From: a virus
Virus record (IMG/VR): IMGVR_UViG_3300042308_000216
Span: 31,878 to 95,877 of that record
Length of the DNA stretch: 64,000 nt
Reading direction: 5' to 3' (one strand)
Shown: positions 36,878 to 45,912 of the stretch, in pieces
How the letters are laid out: every line of letters starts with the position of its first letter
Position numbering within the stretch: position 1 is the stretch's first letter
Made by a program: the position numbers and the translations under genes
Notes under the pieces: generated by a model
Told to the model about the DNA's origin: nothing
Database searches by the model: none
The model's input: only the letters and a program-made list of their open reading frames with translations

Positions 36878-38776
36878 TTATAAAGTTGTTATTTCACATG
36901 CACCACCTGCACAAGCAGCTTGGTCTACTAAGTTAGTAATATCATCTTCTTCTGTAACCAAAGATAAATCAATAGATGTCAGTTGACCTACAAGATTGTT
37001 GTACTGAGCTTCAGTAATATCTTCAAAAGGTGCTTGACTATAGCTACCACCATCAAATGGAAGACAGCTTAATCCATTATAAAATTCTTTGTTATTCCAC
37101 ATCCATTCTCCAACTACTTCCCATTCATCAAGTTTTACATAAGAATCTTCATGACTTGCATACATTCTATTCTTATCAATAGAAATAGTAGCAGATACAT
37201 TGTGTGTATTATCACCATGAATATGTCCTGGTTTAATCCAATCCATAGATACTTTCTTAACTCTTTCTAATGTATCAATAGCAGTCTCAGTTCTTATTAC
37301 AGAACCAGCAGGTGCTTTAATAGGAATCTCAACTACTGCAGAATTAGGAATTAATAAATGGTCTTTAACTAAACTAGGATGATTAGCAGCTAAATACTTG
37401 TATAAATCTTCTGACTTAGACATTTGCATTCTTCTAATATAGAAATCATTATGCCAAGCATGGATACCTGATGCAGTACCTAATACACAGCTTGTAGTAC
37501 CTGAAGGTTTAACACAAGTAATTCTAGCTGCTCTATTGATACCTATAGTCTGGCATAACTCAATATTAGTAAGCTCAGCTTCATTAGCTGCTTGAGTAAG
37601 GTCATATTTAAATACTTCCATACTAGCAATACCTGTCATACCAATACCAACAAGAGCATCTTTTTCAGTAGTCTTTTTCCAAATAGGTCTTAGATAATGA
37701 AAGTCAGTAAATCCTGCTTGCAAAGTACCAAAGAATGCTGCTGCAATAACTCTAGAGTTTAAGTCATCCTGTGATGTAACATCAGAAACATTAACCTCAC
37801 ATAGATTACAGAACTGATAAGGTCTTAATGCAATCTCACAACAAGGGTTAGTACCCCAATCTGGGTTATTAGTAAAGTAAATACCAGGTTCACCAGCATA
37901 ACTAAGTTCTATTTTTCTCCATAAGTCTAAGAAAAACTCTTTAGTTATTCTGTGTCTTACAAGTACAGCAGAGTTATTAGCTCTACCTCTTTGTGGATTA
38001 AGTTCCCACCAATTACCAAACTTACAAGTTAGCATTGATTCATCATCAGCACTAAAAAGGCTAATCAAAGCTGCTCTACGGATACCACCTGCAAGAACTG
38101 CATCTGCAATATGACAAACTATATCATGAACTTCAACAGAAGATAGTTTTTCACCATTCTGTTTTCTGTCAAGTATTTGTTCTAATTCAAATAAGCATTT
38201 CTTAAGTGGCTCAGGTCCTGGTGCTTTACCACCAGCAGTAATTAATCTTGCACCTTTGTGTCTAATATCACTAAAGTCAAATCTAGGTTTAGTATTTCTA
38301 AAACCAAGATAACTTCCAATCATATGTTTAACAGCATCAGCCCAACCTTCAATACTATCACCTACTAAGAACTTCTGTTCTTTAACAGGTTTATTAATTT
38401 CAGGTAGTTTCTCAATGTGTTTAAACTGTACAGAGTAACCTACTCCTGTACCACCAAGTAGTAAGAACATAATCTCACCAAAAGCTCTATAATCATCAAT
38501 AGGTAAATAGCAACAATTGTAGATTCTAGCTTCATTCTTTTGAATAGCACCACCTGCAAACTGCAATGCTCTCATAGATGGTAATACCTTCTTATCAAAG
38601 ATAAACTGACCATAATTCATAATATCATTAGCAAGAGCAGGGTATTTATCTACCATCATCTGTAAGTATCTTACAATGATTTCATTATATGTTTCTCGTC
38701 TTTTTTGTTGTGGTAAGTATTTTGCATACTTATTAAAGACTACCACGTTAGATAGTGTTTCTAATCCAATTTCCAT
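36878..38776 (-). CDS. nrdJ: class II (adenosylcobalamin-dependent) ribonucleotide reductase
   Basis: VLPSMR, YNCC, GGTGVGYS, TNPCCEI (catalytic), CVKPSGT, C-terminal CAGGAC; start MEIGLET follows a promoter element. Confidence 0.93.
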   Translation of the reverse strand: MEIGLETLSNVVVFNKYAKYLPQQKRRETYNEIIVRYLQMMVDKYPALANDIMNYGQFIFDKKVLPSMRALQFAGGAIQKNEARIYNCCYLPIDDYRAFGEIMFLLLGGTGVGYSVQFKHIEKLPEINKPVKEQKFLVGDSIEGWADAVKHMIGSYLGFRNTKPRFDFSDIRHKGARLITAGGKAPGPEPLKKCLFELEQILDRKQNGEKLSSVEVHDIVCHIADAVLAGGIRRAALISLFSADDESMLTCKFGNWWELNPQRGRANNSAVLVRHRITKEFFLDLWRKIELSYAGEPGIYFTNNPDWGTNPCCEIALRPYQFCNLCEVNVSDVTSQDDLNSRVIAAAFFGTLQAGFTDFHYLRPIWKKTTEKDALVGIGMTGIASMEVFKYDLTQAANEAELTNIELCQTIGINRAARITCVKPSGTTSCVLGTASGIHAWHNDFYIRRMQMSKSEDLYKYLAANHPSLVKDHLLIPNSAVVEIPIKAPAGSVIRTETAIDTLERVKKVSMDWIKPGHIHGDNTHNVSATISIDKNRMYASHEDSYVKLDEWEVVGEWMWNNKEFYNGLSCLPFDGGSYSQAPFEDITEAQYNNLVGQLTSIDLSLVTEEDDITNLVDQAACAGGACEITTL

Positions 38777-38797
38777 TTTTAAATTTTTTAGGGGTGG

Positions 38798-38805
38798 CAA
38801 ATATA
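38798..38805 (-). promoter_or_regulatory. Bacteroidota -7 promoter element TATATTTG for nrdJ
   Basis: TAnnTTTG(C) 22 nt upstream of ATG 38776 in an intergenic gap. Confidence 0.65.
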
Positions 38806-38810
38806 ATAAT

Positions 38811-38858
38811 AAAACCCACACACCAAACATTTGATTGTCTGATGTGTGGGTATTTTTT
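38811..38858. terminator. terminator-like hairpin
   Basis: cccacaca...tgtgtggg stem flanked by A/T runs between the phosphoesterase and nrdJ. Confidence 0.5.
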
Positions 38859-38862
38859 ATTA

Positions 38863-39729
38863 TTACAAGCTCATTGGTATATTGATAGGCAGTTTACCAT
38901 TCAAGATAACTGCACAAGCAACAACTGGCTTTCTGGTATTCTGTTTGCCATAAGCAAAAGCATACTTCTCATGGTCAATTCCACAACCTACTGAAACACC
39001 AAATATTAGGTCTTTGTATGACGCTAAATATCTGACATTACATACAGTATGTAAGTGACCAATAACTGTAGATTGTCTGTTTTCTCTAGCAGCATTAATT
39101 GCCGCTAATTCACCAGATAATCCAGTACCATGTTGATAAATTACTCCATTAATTTCATGTGTAAAATCCCACTGCCATGTAGAAGGACTTTGTAATAACT
39201 CTTGATAAGTCTTTAACCAAGTCTTAGGTAAGCCTGCTGTAAAAGCTTTTCTAAATGGTAATGCATCATGATTTCCAATGCAAACTTTTACATTAGGAAA
39301 TGTGTAATACCATTCTTTCATTTTTAACAGAGCTAAGTTAAACTCATCTCCTGCTGACATACCTTCAGGGTCTTTCTCATGATAACTAACAGCATGGTTA
39401 TCAACTGCATCACCAATGTGAACTACAGTACCACAATCATACTCTTCTTGTACTGACCTACAGAATGCCATATACCCTTCAAGAGTAAATGGTTCATGTG
39501 GGTCACCAATAACCAGAACATTATCTGGATTTCCATCCAAATAAGGTTCTAGTTTTGTGGCTGTACTTTTAACTGTACTACGATATAATTCTTTAGCTAA
39601 TCTGATTATTTCAATATTTTCTTCACCAGTTAATTCACTGACAATTTCCAAAGATTTCTTTAAGTAACCAGGCTTAGCACAGAAAAACTCATATACAAAA
39701 TTAATCCTTGCATTATTGTTTTTAGCCAT
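38863..39729 (-). CDS. calcineurin-like metallophosphoesterase
   Basis: GDPH, GDAVD, GNHD, HG and GHLH motifs. Confidence 0.88.
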   Translation of the reverse strand: MAKNNNARINFVYEFFCAKPGYLKKSLEIVSELTGEENIEIIRLAKELYRSTVKSTATKLEPYLDGNPDNVLVIGDPHEPFTLEGYMAFCRSVQEEYDCGTVVHIGDAVDNHAVSYHEKDPEGMSAGDEFNLALLKMKEWYYTFPNVKVCIGNHDALPFRKAFTAGLPKTWLKTYQELLQSPSTWQWDFTHEINGVIYQHGTGLSGELAAINAARENRQSTVIGHLHTVCNVRYLASYKDLIFGVSVGCGIDHEKYAFAYGKQNTRKPVVACAVILNGKLPINIPMSL

Positions 39730-39744
39730 ATTTTTTTATTTATA

Positions 39745-39752
39745 CAAATATA
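39745..39752 (-). promoter_or_regulatory. Bacteroidota -7 promoter element TATATTTG
   Basis: TAnnTTTG 16 nt upstream of ATG 39729, with an A-rich leader. Confidence 0.6.
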
Positions 39753-39760
39753 AGAATATC

Positions 39761-40345
39761 TTATATAACCTCTTGTTCATTATCTACTTTATACTTAATA
39801 AAATAGGTTTCTTCTTCTATAGAAGGTATAGATGATAACTCAGCATCTTGAGGTAAACTCATACCAATCTGCTTCTCAATCTCAAATCTCCGCCAGTCTT
39901 TCTTATACAGAACACCAGAAGGACCAAAATTATCAGAAGATGTAGCAGAATAAAAATCAAGAATCTTCTTTTTATCTTCTGTTCTAAACTTAGAATAAGA
40001 ACCACTATCAAATAAAGCTAATGTCTTTAAGCACTCAAAAGGTATTTCATAAATCAACATAACAGAAACTTTATCAAAATCTACATATGAATGAAAACAA
40101 GGGTTTTTCTTCATTCTAGATATATAAGCTTCAAAACCTGCAATTGGACTATATTTATACAAAACAAATACATGTTGAGTTAATTCAGGAAACTCTTCGC
40201 AATACCTAAAAGCATTTATAAAATTACATTTAGGAAAGAACTCATCTTCCTTAAAATCAGTAATCTTACCATTTCTAGGTGTCACCAGTGGCAATAGATA
40301 TGCAACTGTTTTAGTTTTAATCTTTTTAATTTCATCTAATGTCAT
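39761..40345 (-). CDS. hypothetical protein (crAss-like replication module)
   Basis: 194-aa ORF, ATGA-coupled to the exonuclease gene. Confidence 0.7.
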   Translation of the reverse strand: MTLDEIKKIKTKTVAYLLPLVTPRNGKITDFKEDEFFPKCNFINAFRYCEEFPELTQHVFVLYKYSPIAGFEAYISRMKKNPCFHSYVDFDKVSVMLIYEIPFECLKTLALFDSGSYSKFRTEDKKKILDFYSATSSDNFGPSGVLYKKDWRRFEIEKQIGMSLPQDAELSSIPSIEEETYFIKYKVDNEQEVI

Positions 40346-41085
40346 ACTACAAGATTATTTACATCTAAGATAATAGGTTCTTCCTCACCAAAATACTCCC
40401 CATCCATAATCTTTAGACATTTATAATTCTGATAGAATTTCTCAATGCCCTTGTATTCACCATATTGATTAACATATTCTTCAAAAACTGTAGTTCTTAA
40501 AGATTCTGCATCATCAATATTAGCAAGAAGTTTAGTAGCAAAAGCTTTACCTTTACCTTCTAAGCCTTTTATATTATCTACTGAGTCTCCAATAATCATG
40601 GATTGCCAGAAATATAAATCAGCTTCTTGTTCACTAGTTGTAACCCATTCATTAGTTTTGTAATTGTAGTGAGTTCCTTCTAGTTGTAGTAAATCTTTGT
40701 CTATTGCACATATAAATGAATTATCAAGCTTAATTCTCAACATATTAACTACATCATCAGCTTCTATACCATGTAAAGGTATAAATCCCCAATGATCTAC
40801 CATATGCTGTTTTGCCTCCTTGTAAAAGGGAAGAGGCTCCCTGTCTTTTCTATTAGCTTTGTATTCAGGATATGCATCATATCTAAATTGTGCTCTAGTA
40901 TATCCTACATACCCTAAATACTTAGTTGCTTTAGTGTTAATTAGTATAGAACTAATCAAACTATCAATAGATTGTTTAATAACCTCTAAAGGCTTCTCAT
41001 AGGTTTTATTATCACTGTCCCAGTGGGCTATAAAAACTATAGAGTCAGCATCAATTAAGGCTATATTTTCTGAGTGTAATTCCAT
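40342..41085 (-). CDS. 5'-3' exonuclease / flap endonuclease (PolA N-terminal-like)
   Basis: ALIDADS, FRY...YKANR, EADD, DKDLLQ, GDSVDNIKG motifs. Confidence 0.9.
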   Translation of the reverse strand: MELHSENIALIDADSIVFIAHWDSDNKTYEKPLEVIKQSIDSLISSILINTKATKYLGYVGYTRAQFRYDAYPEYKANRKDREPLPFYKEAKQHMVDHWGFIPLHGIEADDVVNMLRIKLDNSFICAIDKDLLQLEGTHYNYKTNEWVTTSEQEADLYFWQSMIIGDSVDNIKGLEGKGKAFATKLLANIDDAESLRTTVFEEYVNQYGEYKGIEKFYQNYKCLKIMDGEYFGEEEPIILDVNNLVV

Positions 41086-41491
41086 GTTCTAGTAGTTTTT
41101 TAATAATGCGATAAAAGTCTTCCTTCCTAAGAACTACAACTTCTTCACCTTCTTTTTTATGAAAAACCACATTTACATAAACATCTCTTTCTGGAACCAT
41201 TTTAGGAATAGCAGATTCCATGTCATCTAAAACAGTAAATACATTCAAGCCAGTTTTTACAGCTTTACACTGTATATTATATGGAATACCATTGATATCT
41301 ATCTTAGCATCATCCATAATTTTACTTGTAGCTCTAGTAGTTGCTGCTGTAGCAAAACCTAAATCTTTCAATTCCTTAACAACTTTCCTCTCATAATTAT
41401 GACCTATCCTCCTAACATTGGGTCTAGCCTTTGATTTCTCAGAAGATAGTTCATTCTTATTTTTAATCTTACGTCTATTTGGTTCTCTCAT
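41051..41491 (-). CDS. PD-(D/E)xK nuclease, Holliday-junction-resolvase-like
   Basis: GHNYERKVVKEL...KIDI...NIQCK; start at MREPNRR. Confidence 0.75.
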   Translation of the reverse strand: MREPNRRKIKNKNELSSEKSKARPNVRRIGHNYERKVVKELKDLGFATAATTRATSKIMDDAKIDINGIPYNIQCKAVKTGLNVFTVLDDMESAIPKMVPERDVYVNVVFHKKEGEEVVVLRKEDFYRIIKKLLEHGITLRKYSLN

Positions 41492-41666
41492 CTTGTTTAT
41501 TATTAGTAAGAACATTAATGATATCATTAAATGCTTCTACTTTACCTTCATAGAATCTAATTGTTAAAGGATCCTGGTCAAGAGTATCCAACTCAGTGGC
41601 TACTCTATCACAGGCATCTCTCTTTTTATAAATGACTTGAAGGATTGTTTCTGTTAACTTATCCAT
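41475..41666 (-). CDS. hypothetical protein
   Basis: 63-aa ORF in operon order. Confidence 0.6.
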   Translation of the reverse strand: MDKLTETILQVIYKKRDACDRVATELDTLDQDPLTIRFYEGKVEAFNDIINVLTNNKQDERTK

Positions 41667-41677
41667 AAGCCATTAGC

Positions 41678-41974
41678 TTATACTGTTCCTACAACAGCAT
41701 CAACATCAGCATTATAAGTTGCTGTTTCAACTACTGGTGCTTCGACTTCGGTAAAATTTTCCACCTTATTAATGATAAAATCAAACACAGGATTGATAAC
41801 ATAATCAACACTAGTTTTTGTTGGTTTAGCAAAACCAAATTTAATTAGTACATCACGCATTTCTTTAATGCTAATACCAAAATGGTCAGCCATTGTTTTT
41901 GCATCTGTTCTGTATGCTCTCATTGCTGCTACTTCTTTTTGAGAGATATTTATAATTGTTACTTCTGTGTTCAT
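41678..41974 (-). CDS. hypothetical protein, possible HTH
   Basis: KTMADHFGISIKEMRDVL is HTH-like; ATGA overlap. Confidence 0.55.
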   Translation of the reverse strand: MNTEVTIINISQKEVAAMRAYRTDAKTMADHFGISIKEMRDVLIKFGFAKPTKTSVDYVINPVFDFIINKVENFTEVEAPVVETATYNADVDAVVGTV

Positions 41975-43014
41975 ATTAAATAATCTTTTAAATTGTTTAC
42001 TAATTTTTTTGTTTGATCATATCCCTTCATGGATATGTAATCGGAAATATCTTTAATATTATCAGGGATAACTAAAGATTTTATACCAAATTGTGCAGAG
42101 AATTTTTTCATTGCATTTAAACCTACTTCATCGTTATCATAGTTTATTATGATATTTGGAAACCTCATTGATAGTAGTTGAAATTGATTCTCATTCAAGA
42201 AAATGTTCTCACTTTGTGGTGCTATGCTATTATAACCATATACTCGCCAAACCATACAATCTTTCAAAGACTTCGTAATTATTAATTCTTTGTTTTGTTT
42301 ATTTAAACTTTGTTTATCTAATTGATTGTAACCACTAAATACATTCCTTGGTATATTACTTATCCATTTATTTTGCCTGTCAGCAAATGGTCTAAGTATC
42401 TTTCTCATTCCATTACCATGCTCATAACTATAAGCAGGGTCATTTGCACTCTCTGAATATACATTTAGCAACTCATTATTCTTAACGCTAATCCAGTAGT
42501 CTGTTACTGGAACAACATTATAAAAGTTTAAAAGGTCTTTGTCTATGTGGTACTTATTCCAATAAGTGTCATACTCTTTCCAATCTCTCTTTTTTATTCT
42601 AATAATGGTAGTTTGCCTATTATGTTTGTCAGGTAGTCCTAAATAATTTAAAGATGGTATTATTTCTTTGTTTTGAACTTTCTTAATAAATCCAAAGTCA
42701 TTTGCAATTACTTTTAATACTTCGTGATAAGTTAGGTCTTCATTAAATTTTTGTCTCATGTAATATTGTACATATGCAAAACAATTGTAACTTTCATTAG
42801 TACCAAAGTCTTTGTAATAGAGACCATTTGGATAAGCTTTAATGCTGCAAGATGGATATTTATCCATTCTTAAATCTGAGCAGAATGGTTTATTAAGGTC
42901 TATAAAGTTCTTACAATAGAATCTAAAAATTTGGTACTCAGAAACATTCCTGAGTACCATATCCTTAGTTAAATGAATAACGTCTACACCTCCAAAATTA
43001 GAACTGTAAGCCAT
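41971..43014 (-). CDS. dnaG: DNA primase (DnaG-like TOPRIM, crAss type)
   Basis: FCSDLRMDKYPSC...YKDFG N-terminal domain; LIITKSLKD and YDNDEVG TOPRIM motifs. Confidence 0.85.
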   Translation of the reverse strand: MAYSSNFGGVDVIHLTKDMVLRNVSEYQIFRFYCKNFIDLNKPFCSDLRMDKYPSCSIKAYPNGLYYKDFGTNESYNCFAYVQYYMRQKFNEDLTYHEVLKVIANDFGFIKKVQNKEIIPSLNYLGLPDKHNRQTTIIRIKKRDWKEYDTYWNKYHIDKDLLNFYNVVPVTDYWISVKNNELLNVYSESANDPAYSYEHGNGMRKILRPFADRQNKWISNIPRNVFSGYNQLDKQSLNKQNKELIITKSLKDCMVWRVYGYNSIAPQSENIFLNENQFQLLSMRFPNIIINYDNDEVGLNAMKKFSAQFGIKSLVIPDNIKDISDYISMKGYDQTKKLVNNLKDYLI

Positions 43015-43555
43015 CATTACCTCCTGTTGCAAAGAAATCATTATCAGGTAGCTTTACCAGTTTTTTGATATCAGTATCAGGATTGAATGTCATCTTAGTT
43101 ACAGCTACCACAGGGTATTCTGCACCATCTTGAATTGCTTCTGCAAATTCTGGATAACCAATAACAGATCTAACACCTGTTGAGCCATCTTGTTTAAGAT
43201 ATTCTTCACCACGGAATTTAATTCTTAATGAATTACCAGATAATGTGTTGTTATACACTTCACCTAGTGCTTCAATGCTATCAGCTTTAGCTGCAAGATA
43301 ATCTGTATCTTTTACAATCTTAGTAAAGATGTGTCTGATTTTCTTGTAAGTAGATTCTGATGCTTTTTCTGATAAATAGAAACGCAAATCTGTTGCTGAA
43401 TCTGGTTCACCACCTACTAAGTGCATAGAAAATGTAATAGTAGGATTACCATTAGCATTAAGTTCACCCTTAACAGACTTAATTGTTACTTCGTGAATAC
43501 CTGGTCTAATATACTTAGGTTTATTGATTTCTGGAGTGTCTTGTCCACCGAACAT
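42998..43555 (-). CDS. single-stranded DNA-binding-like protein (DUF669-like OB fold)
   Basis: PGIHEVTIKSV...GEEY, acidic aromatic C-terminus (DGLQF); between the AAA ATPase and the primase. Confidence 0.6.
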   Translation of the reverse strand: MFGGQDTPEINKPKYIRPGIHEVTIKSVKGELNANGNPTITFSMHLVGGEPDSATDLRFYLSEKASESTYKKIRHIFTKIVKDTDYLAAKADSIEALGEVYNNTLSGNSLRIKFRGEEYLKQDGSTGVRSVIGYPEFAEAIQDGAEYPVVAVTKMTFNPDTDIKKLVKLPDNDFFATGGNDGLQF

Positions 43556-43576
43556 AATTTTAAAATTTAGTTATTG

Positions 43577-44302
43577 TTATTTAAATACTTTATCCCAACT
43601 CGCTACAAGATTCCCATCTATAGACTCAGTTAAAATAATTTCTTGATTTTTTAGATGGTCTGGTCTAGCACCACAAGTAATCTCATCAGATGTTTTGAAA
43701 TTCAAAATAACTTGATTACCTTTTCTGCTTAGTAAACCAATAGCATCTGCTTTAGCACAAACTAAAGCCTTAATTTTACCTGTAAGATCCAAATCTACAG
43801 CAGATACTTCTTTACCTGCTACTTCAATATTTTTATCTTTCAAGTGACCTAGTAGAATAATACTACCATCATCAGGCACTAATGTCTCAATGTAATCTAG
43901 AATCTTAAAGAAAGCTTCTCTAAGATATAAATAACCTGCACCATTAGGTAGTTTAAGTACATTATCACCTGCAAATGTTTTACCCATAGGAGTATCCATA
44001 TACAAAGATTTAGCATAACCTAAACACAATTCCTCCAAAGCAGTTACAGTATCTACTGCAATATACTTGTAAGGTTTTCCAGCTTTAACAATCTCAGCAC
44101 CAACCTCTTTAAGAGTTTGAAGACTATCAATTTTAAGCTTCATTGCATCAACATAATCAGAACCCTTCTCAAAGTCTAGCAAAAGGCAATCATCTAATAA
44201 AGCCAAAGCTGAGGTTTTCCCAGCTTTAGGCTTTGAATAGATAACCAACCTTTTAGGATTAGCTCTAGTAGCTAACACCTTTTTAGTTGGTAGTTCAATC
44301 AT
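43577..44302 (-). CDS. AAA_24 / Sak4-like ATPase (recombination)
   Basis: Walker A YSKPKAGKT, LLDFEKGS, IAVDTVT, GAGY. Confidence 0.82.
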   Translation of the reverse strand: MIELPTKKVLATRANPKRLVIYSKPKAGKTSALALLDDCLLLDFEKGSDYVDAMKLKIDSLQTLKEVGAEIVKAGKPYKYIAVDTVTALEELCLGYAKSLYMDTPMGKTFAGDNVLKLPNGAGYLYLREAFFKILDYIETLVPDDGSIILLGHLKDKNIEVAGKEVSAVDLDLTGKIKALVCAKADAIGLLSRKGNQVILNFKTSDEITCGARPDHLKNQEIILTESIDGNLVASWDKVFK

Positions 44303-44637
44303 AATTTAACTGCAAGTTCTAGTATGCGTTCTACTAATACTGGATACAATCCAGGATACTGACTCTTAACTAAGTCAATGTTAGTACCACCAATAATAAT
44401 TGGAGTTCTCTGACCATCTCTAGTTTGCAAATCTGTCTTTGGAACAACAGTAGTTAAATCCAATACTTTGCAAAGAGTATTAATAGCATCAATAGCTTCG
44501 TGTCTTGTATCACAAGGGAATCTACCTGCTTTAATCTCATTTACATAAGCAATGTACTCTGCTTTCATCTCATCATTTGGGTCTGTAGCTGGTTTAGCTT
44601 CAACCACTTCTTCAAAACTTACTGTTTCTTCTGTCAT
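44299..44637 (-). CDS. hypothetical protein
   Basis: 112-aa ORF with ATGA overlap. Confidence 0.65.
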   Translation of the reverse strand: MTEETVSFEEVVEAKPATDPNDEMKAEYIAYVNEIKAGRFPCDTRHEAIDAINTLCKVLDLTTVVPKTDLQTRDGQRTPIIIGGTNIDLVKSQYPGLYPVLVERILELAVKL

Positions 44638-44657
44638 TTTTCTTGTTTTTGTTGTTG

Positions 44658-45908
44658 TTAATAGTAACCTCTACCATTTGAGAGGTGGTTGCTGTAATAA
44701 GCATCTTTTTCATCAATGTAGTTAAAGCATTCTAGACAATAGCTTTGCTGCATTCCTGTATCCCACATAGTATCTTTGTGAGAACATGGTGTTAGTTTAT
44801 CCATGAATAAATCTAACTGCTTAATGTTATCTGCTTTGTTATCAATTTTAACTACATCAGCAGGTTCAAAAGTTTGATTATACTGTTTTTCTTCTTCTTC
44901 TAGTGTATTTCTTTCATCCATATAATCTAGAAGCATGTGTTCAACAGGAAAATCATAACCAGCATATTCTGCCATTGTTAAATCACGTTCTTCAATTAAT
45001 TCTATAACATAGTCAAATGCTTTAGTATAAGCATAAATATGTTTAGGATTATTGAGATAGTGCTTGCTCTTTTTAAAGCCTTCATATAACGCTTCATAAA
45101 GCTCTGACTTTGGTTCCGCAGGTTTACTCCCATAGGTAACTGTAGGTCTTGTATACAAAAAGCGTTTATCAGAATTACTAATGATATCACAAATTACATT
45201 GTAGCAAGTTGTAACATCTTTAATAGACACATACTCAGTAGATGTATGAGGATTGTAATAACCACAAGAAATATTAAAGCAAGCAATGCCTACATTTCTT
45301 TTAGATAAACAACCAGCATCAGTTGCAATACCTACACACTCTTTGTAATTATAGTCTTTAAGAACAGGTGCCACAAATGTACTAAATTCTTCTCCAAATA
45401 GTTGCACACCATTTGAATAATTTATGAAATCTGAGTTATTTTTTCTGTCAGCCTGACCTATAAACATACAATCATCAAAGAATGATAAATCACAAGCACT
45501 AGAACCTATGCAACCTACTTCTTCTGCTACAAAGAATACAACTTTCATATAGTCATAATCTTCAAGCAGTTGTAAACACATAAATACTCCTACTAGGTCA
45601 TCACCACCTGTACCTACTTGATTTGGACCATTGAATGCTAGTAAATAATCACCATTTTGAAATATGGTTTTATGCTCAGCATACTTATGTACTTGATCTA
45701 AATGACTTACTATACATGGATAAAGATCAGCTTTACCTCTAGTAACATAAATATTACCATGTGTGTCATTTTCTATTTTTAATTTACGTTTCAGCTTTAG
45801 ATTTAAAGCTTCTAAATAGGCACTTAATGTAGGAACTATCTGTTCCTGTTCTTTTCTAGACTCTGATTGCCATCCTAGAACCTCTATTAATAATTTTTCG
45901 TTAAACAT
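44658..45908 (-). CDS. M20/M28-family zinc peptidase with C-terminal Cys/His cluster
   Basis: SHLDQV, GGDD, AEEVGCIGS, QADRK, GYYNPH metal-binding motifs; C-terminal CSH...CLEC. Confidence 0.85.
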   Translation of the reverse strand: MFNEKLLIEVLGWQSESRKEQEQIVPTLSAYLEALNLKLKRKLKIENDTHGNIYVTRGKADLYPCIVSHLDQVHKYAEHKTIFQNGDYLLAFNGPNQVGTGGDDLVGVFMCLQLLEDYDYMKVVFFVAEEVGCIGSSACDLSFFDDCMFIGQADRKNNSDFINYSNGVQLFGEEFSTFVAPVLKDYNYKECVGIATDAGCLSKRNVGIACFNISCGYYNPHTSTEYVSIKDVTTCYNVICDIISNSDKRFLYTRPTVTYGSKPAEPKSELYEALYEGFKKSKHYLNNPKHIYAYTKAFDYVIELIEERDLTMAEYAGYDFPVEHMLLDYMDERNTLEEEEKQYNQTFEPADVVKIDNKADNIKQLDLFMDKLTPCSHKDTMWDTGMQQSYCLECFNYIDEKDAYYSNHLSNGRGYY

Positions 45909-45912
45909 TGTG

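Noticed and set aside
38777-38830. N-terminal extension of RNR (MFGVWVLLLYLPP) predicted by the ORF track
   Set aside because: It overlaps a terminator-like hairpin and the TATATTTG promoter element; the real start is most likely 38776
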